This document shows positions 29,361-35,425 of a stretch of 35,425 bases of DNA, piece after piece. Each line of letters opens with the position of its first letter. Position 1 is the stretch's first letter. The notes under the pieces were generated by a model. That model did not search any database. It worked only from the letters and a program-made list of their open reading frames with translations, and was not told the origin of the DNA. The stretch lies in contig JANMQQ010000037.1 in the NCBI GenBank assembly GCA_031370545.1, positions 1 through 35,425 on the forward strand, in the 5' to 3' direction. This stretch comes from Gammaproteobacteria bacterium (GTDB lineage Bacteria > Pseudomonadota > Gammaproteobacteria > SG8-11). The translations under genes and the position numbers were made by a program.

Positions 29361-29533
29361 TTACTCAGCTGCTTTTCAACTTCTGCTTGTGTCATAACGC
29401 CTTCAGATGCTGCCCTTGAGATACCACGCTGGATTTTCTCCAAAACGTAAAGATGGTATTGCACATCTTCAACCGTGCAATCCTCCGGTAGCTTTGCAAG
29501 CAGATCCTTGATCTTTTCTTTCGCAGCATTCAT
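29345..29533 (-). CDS. Putative antitoxin (62 aa) of the RelE/ParE pair
   Basis: LP.D.T.EDVQY.LYV..KI.RG pattern typical of small genes upstream of ParE-like toxins. GGAGG RBS. Overlaps the toxin by 16 nt. Confidence 0.8.
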   Translation of the reverse strand: MNAAKEKIKDLLAKLPEDCTVEDVQYHLYVLEKIQRGISRAASEGVMTQAEVEKQLSKWITE

Positions 29534-29557
29534 AGAGCCTCCAATTTCTTCGACAAA

Positions 29558-30814
29558 CTACTTTCGTACCTGCCCGTCGCCGAACACCACAAACTTCTGC
29601 GATGTTAGACCTTCCAAACCCACCGGTCCGCGCGCGTGAATCTTGTCGGTGCTGATACCGATTTCAGCACCCAACCCATATTCGAAACCGTCGGCGAAAC
29701 GGGTGGACGCGTTGACCATCACCGAGCTGGAATCCACTTCAGCCAAAAAGCGACGCGCGCGCGTCAGATCTTCGGTGACGATGGCATCGGTGTGTTGCGA
29801 ACCATAGGTGTTGATGTGTTCGATGGCCGCGTCGAGCCCGCTAACCACGCGGATCGACAAAATCGGCGCGAGGTATTCCGTGCGCCAGTCGGCTTCCGTC
29901 GCGGGCTTGGCGTCTTTGACAAGGGCGCGCGTCTTGTCACATCCGCGCAACTCCACGCCTTTTTCTTGGTACATCGCCGCCAGCTTGGGTAACACCTGCG
30001 CGGCGACACTTTCCGCCACCAACAATGTTTCCATCGCGTTGCACACCCCGTAGCGATGCGTCTTGGCATTGAACGCAATCGGGATCGCCTTAGCCAAATC
30101 CGCCTGGTCGTCGATGTAGACGTGGCAAATACCGTCGAGGTGTTTGATCACCGGCACGCGCGCTTCGCGGCTGACCATTTCGATCAAGCCTTTGCCGCCG
30201 CGTGGCACAATCACATCGACATAGTTTACGAGCTTGACTAATTCGTTCACCGCCGCGCGCTCGGTGGTCTCGACCACCTGCACCGCGTCGTCGGGCAACT
30301 CAGCTGCGCGCAATCCGGCGCGAATACAGGCCGCAATCGCTTGATTTGAGTAATAAGCCTCAGACCCGCCGCGCAGAATGCTGGCATTGCCCGACTTCAA
30401 ACACAGCGCGGCTGCGTCCGCCGTCACGTTGGGGCGCGACTCGTAAATAATGCCGATAACACCCAGCGGCACACGCATCTTGCCAACCTGAATACCGGAC
30501 GGCCGGTAATTCAAATTGGTGATCTCACCGATGGGGTCGGACAATGTCGCGACCTGGCGCACACCTTCGGCCATCGCGTTGATGCGCGCGTCGTTCAATT
30601 CCAGCCTATCCAGCAGCGCGGCATCCAGGCCGGATTTCTTGCCCGCGTCCATATCCTTGCGATTTTCCGCCAGCAACAGCGCGCGATCCTTTTCCATCGC
30701 CGCCGCCATCGCCAACAATGCCGCATTTTTCTGCGCGGTACTCGCACGCGCCAACACCCGCGACGCGGCGCGTGCGCGTTGGCCAAGTTGAGTCATGTAT
30801 TCGGGAATGTTCAT
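29558..30814 (-). CDS. proA: Gamma-glutamyl phosphate reductase
   Basis: [26 protein letters not shown] and [23 protein letters not shown] motifs. Confidence 0.98.
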   Translation of the reverse strand: MNIPEYMTQLGQRARAASRVLARASTAQKNAALLAMAAAMEKDRALLLAENRKDMDAGKKSGLDAALLDRLELNDARINAMAEGVRQVATLSDPIGEITNLNYRPSGIQVGKMRVPLGVIGIIYESRPNVTADAAALCLKSGNASILRGGSEAYYSNQAIAACIRAGLRAAELPDDAVQVVETTERAAVNELVKLVNYVDVIVPRGGKGLIEMVSREARVPVIKHLDGICHVYIDDQADLAKAIPIAFNAKTHRYGVCNAMETLLVAESVAAQVLPKLAAMYQEKGVELRGCDKTRALVKDAKPATEADWRTEYLAPILSIRVVSGLDAAIEHINTYGSQHTDAIVTEDLTRARRFLAEVDSSSVMVNASTRFADGFEYGLGAEIGISTDKIHARGPVGLEGLTSQKFVVFGDGQVRK

Positions 30815-30856
30815 CGCTTCACCTAGACATACGATATTGAATAGAGCGTTCCAAAA

Positions 30857-31887
30857 CTATACACCGGCACGCCGACCAAACAACGCCGCGCCACTCATCG
30901 CCAGCCCCAATTCTAACAACTCGTCCCATGCATTGCCCGCTTCGCGTCCTTTGATGATGCGGTCGATGGTCCCACAGTGGCGCAAGATGTGGCGCCAGCG
31001 TAGTGCGCTGTGGCGGTTAAGAGCGGCTTCAAACAGCGGTTTGCGTTTGTCCCACACGCGATGTTTGGCCAACAAGGCAGGCATCGGCGTGCCGCTTTTT
31101 TTATCTTGCGCCATGGTGCACAGGGTGCGCACTTCGCGCGACAACGCCCATAGCAGCAGCACCGGATCTTCGCCTTCGCCGCGCAATCCGTCGAGCATGC
31201 GCGCCACGCGCGCTGGATCGCCCGCCAGCGCCGCATCGGCTAAACCATAAACGTCAAAACGTGCACTGTCGACCACAGCAGCGGTGATATTGTCGACATC
31301 CACCACACCACTGCCATACAGCAGCACCAGCTTGTCGATCTCCTGCGCCGCCGCCAGCAAATGGCCTTCGACGCGCTCGGCCAGCAGCGTCACTGCATCC
31401 GGTGTCGGTTGCAAACCCTTGGCACACATGCGGCGCTCGATCCATGCAGGCAACTGCCCGACTTCGACTGGCCACACTTGCACCACCGTGCCGACATCGT
31501 CGATGGCACGAACCCATTTGCTGTTCTGCGCATCCTTGTCAAGCTTCGGCGCCGTGACCAGCACTACCGTGTCTTGCGCCGGGCGCCCCGCGTATTCCAC
31601 CAACGCGGCATTGGCTTTTTCACCCGGCTTGCCGGAACGCAGGCGCAACTCAAACAGGCGGCGCTCGGCGAACAACGATAGCGAATTGGTATTCATGAAA
31701 AACGCATTCCAGTCGAAGCTCGCGTCGACATCGAACACCAACCGCTCGTTGTAGCCGTGCTTGCGCGCGACAGCGCGAAGCGTGTCGCAGGCTTCATTAA
31801 GCTGCAACGGCTCGTCGCCGCTCACCAAGTAGATCGGCGCCAGCGCCTTGCTGGTTTGTGCGGCAAGCTGGTCGGGGCGGGCGCGCA

Positions 31888-31888
<1 letters not shown>
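30857..31888 (-). CDS. holA: DNA polymerase III subunit delta
   Basis: YLVSGDEPL, SLFAERR and EG.LLAAAQEIDKL motifs. Follows lptE. Confidence 0.96.
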
Positions 31889-35423
<3,535 letters not shown>

Positions 35424-35425
35424 CT

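Overview
A GC-rich proteobacterial chromosomal window, most consistent with a Gammaproteobacterium. The + strand carries the 3' end of ileS followed by lspA-fkpB-ispH. Everything else is on the - strand. It runs leuS-lptE-holA-proA-[RelE/ParE-type TA pair]-nadD-rsfS-rlmH-maf-rng-yhdP-nitrilase-tldD (one in-frame TAA)-orphan rnfB-like ferredoxin, then two complete tandem type IVa minor-pilin operons (fimT-pilV-pilW-pilX-pilY1-pilY2-like-pilE). Four signals stand out. (1) A family of ~50-bp palindromic REP-like units: a clean inverted pair after ileS, a pair with nested ~50-bp double-hairpin elements read in frame as the N-terminus of LptE, and a related unit translated inside LeuS. (2) Two PilY1 paralogues, one carrying a ~115-aa inserted module. 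(3) A shared upstream architecture for both pilin operons: 21-bp-spaced direct repeats, a CRP/Vfr-like box and a TGCGAT-N15-ATCRCA palindrome. (4) A low-GC replaced segment in the LeuS editing region. No rRNA, tRNA, CRISPR array, transposase or integrase was seen. All protein calls come from motif recognition and gene order; no database search was run.
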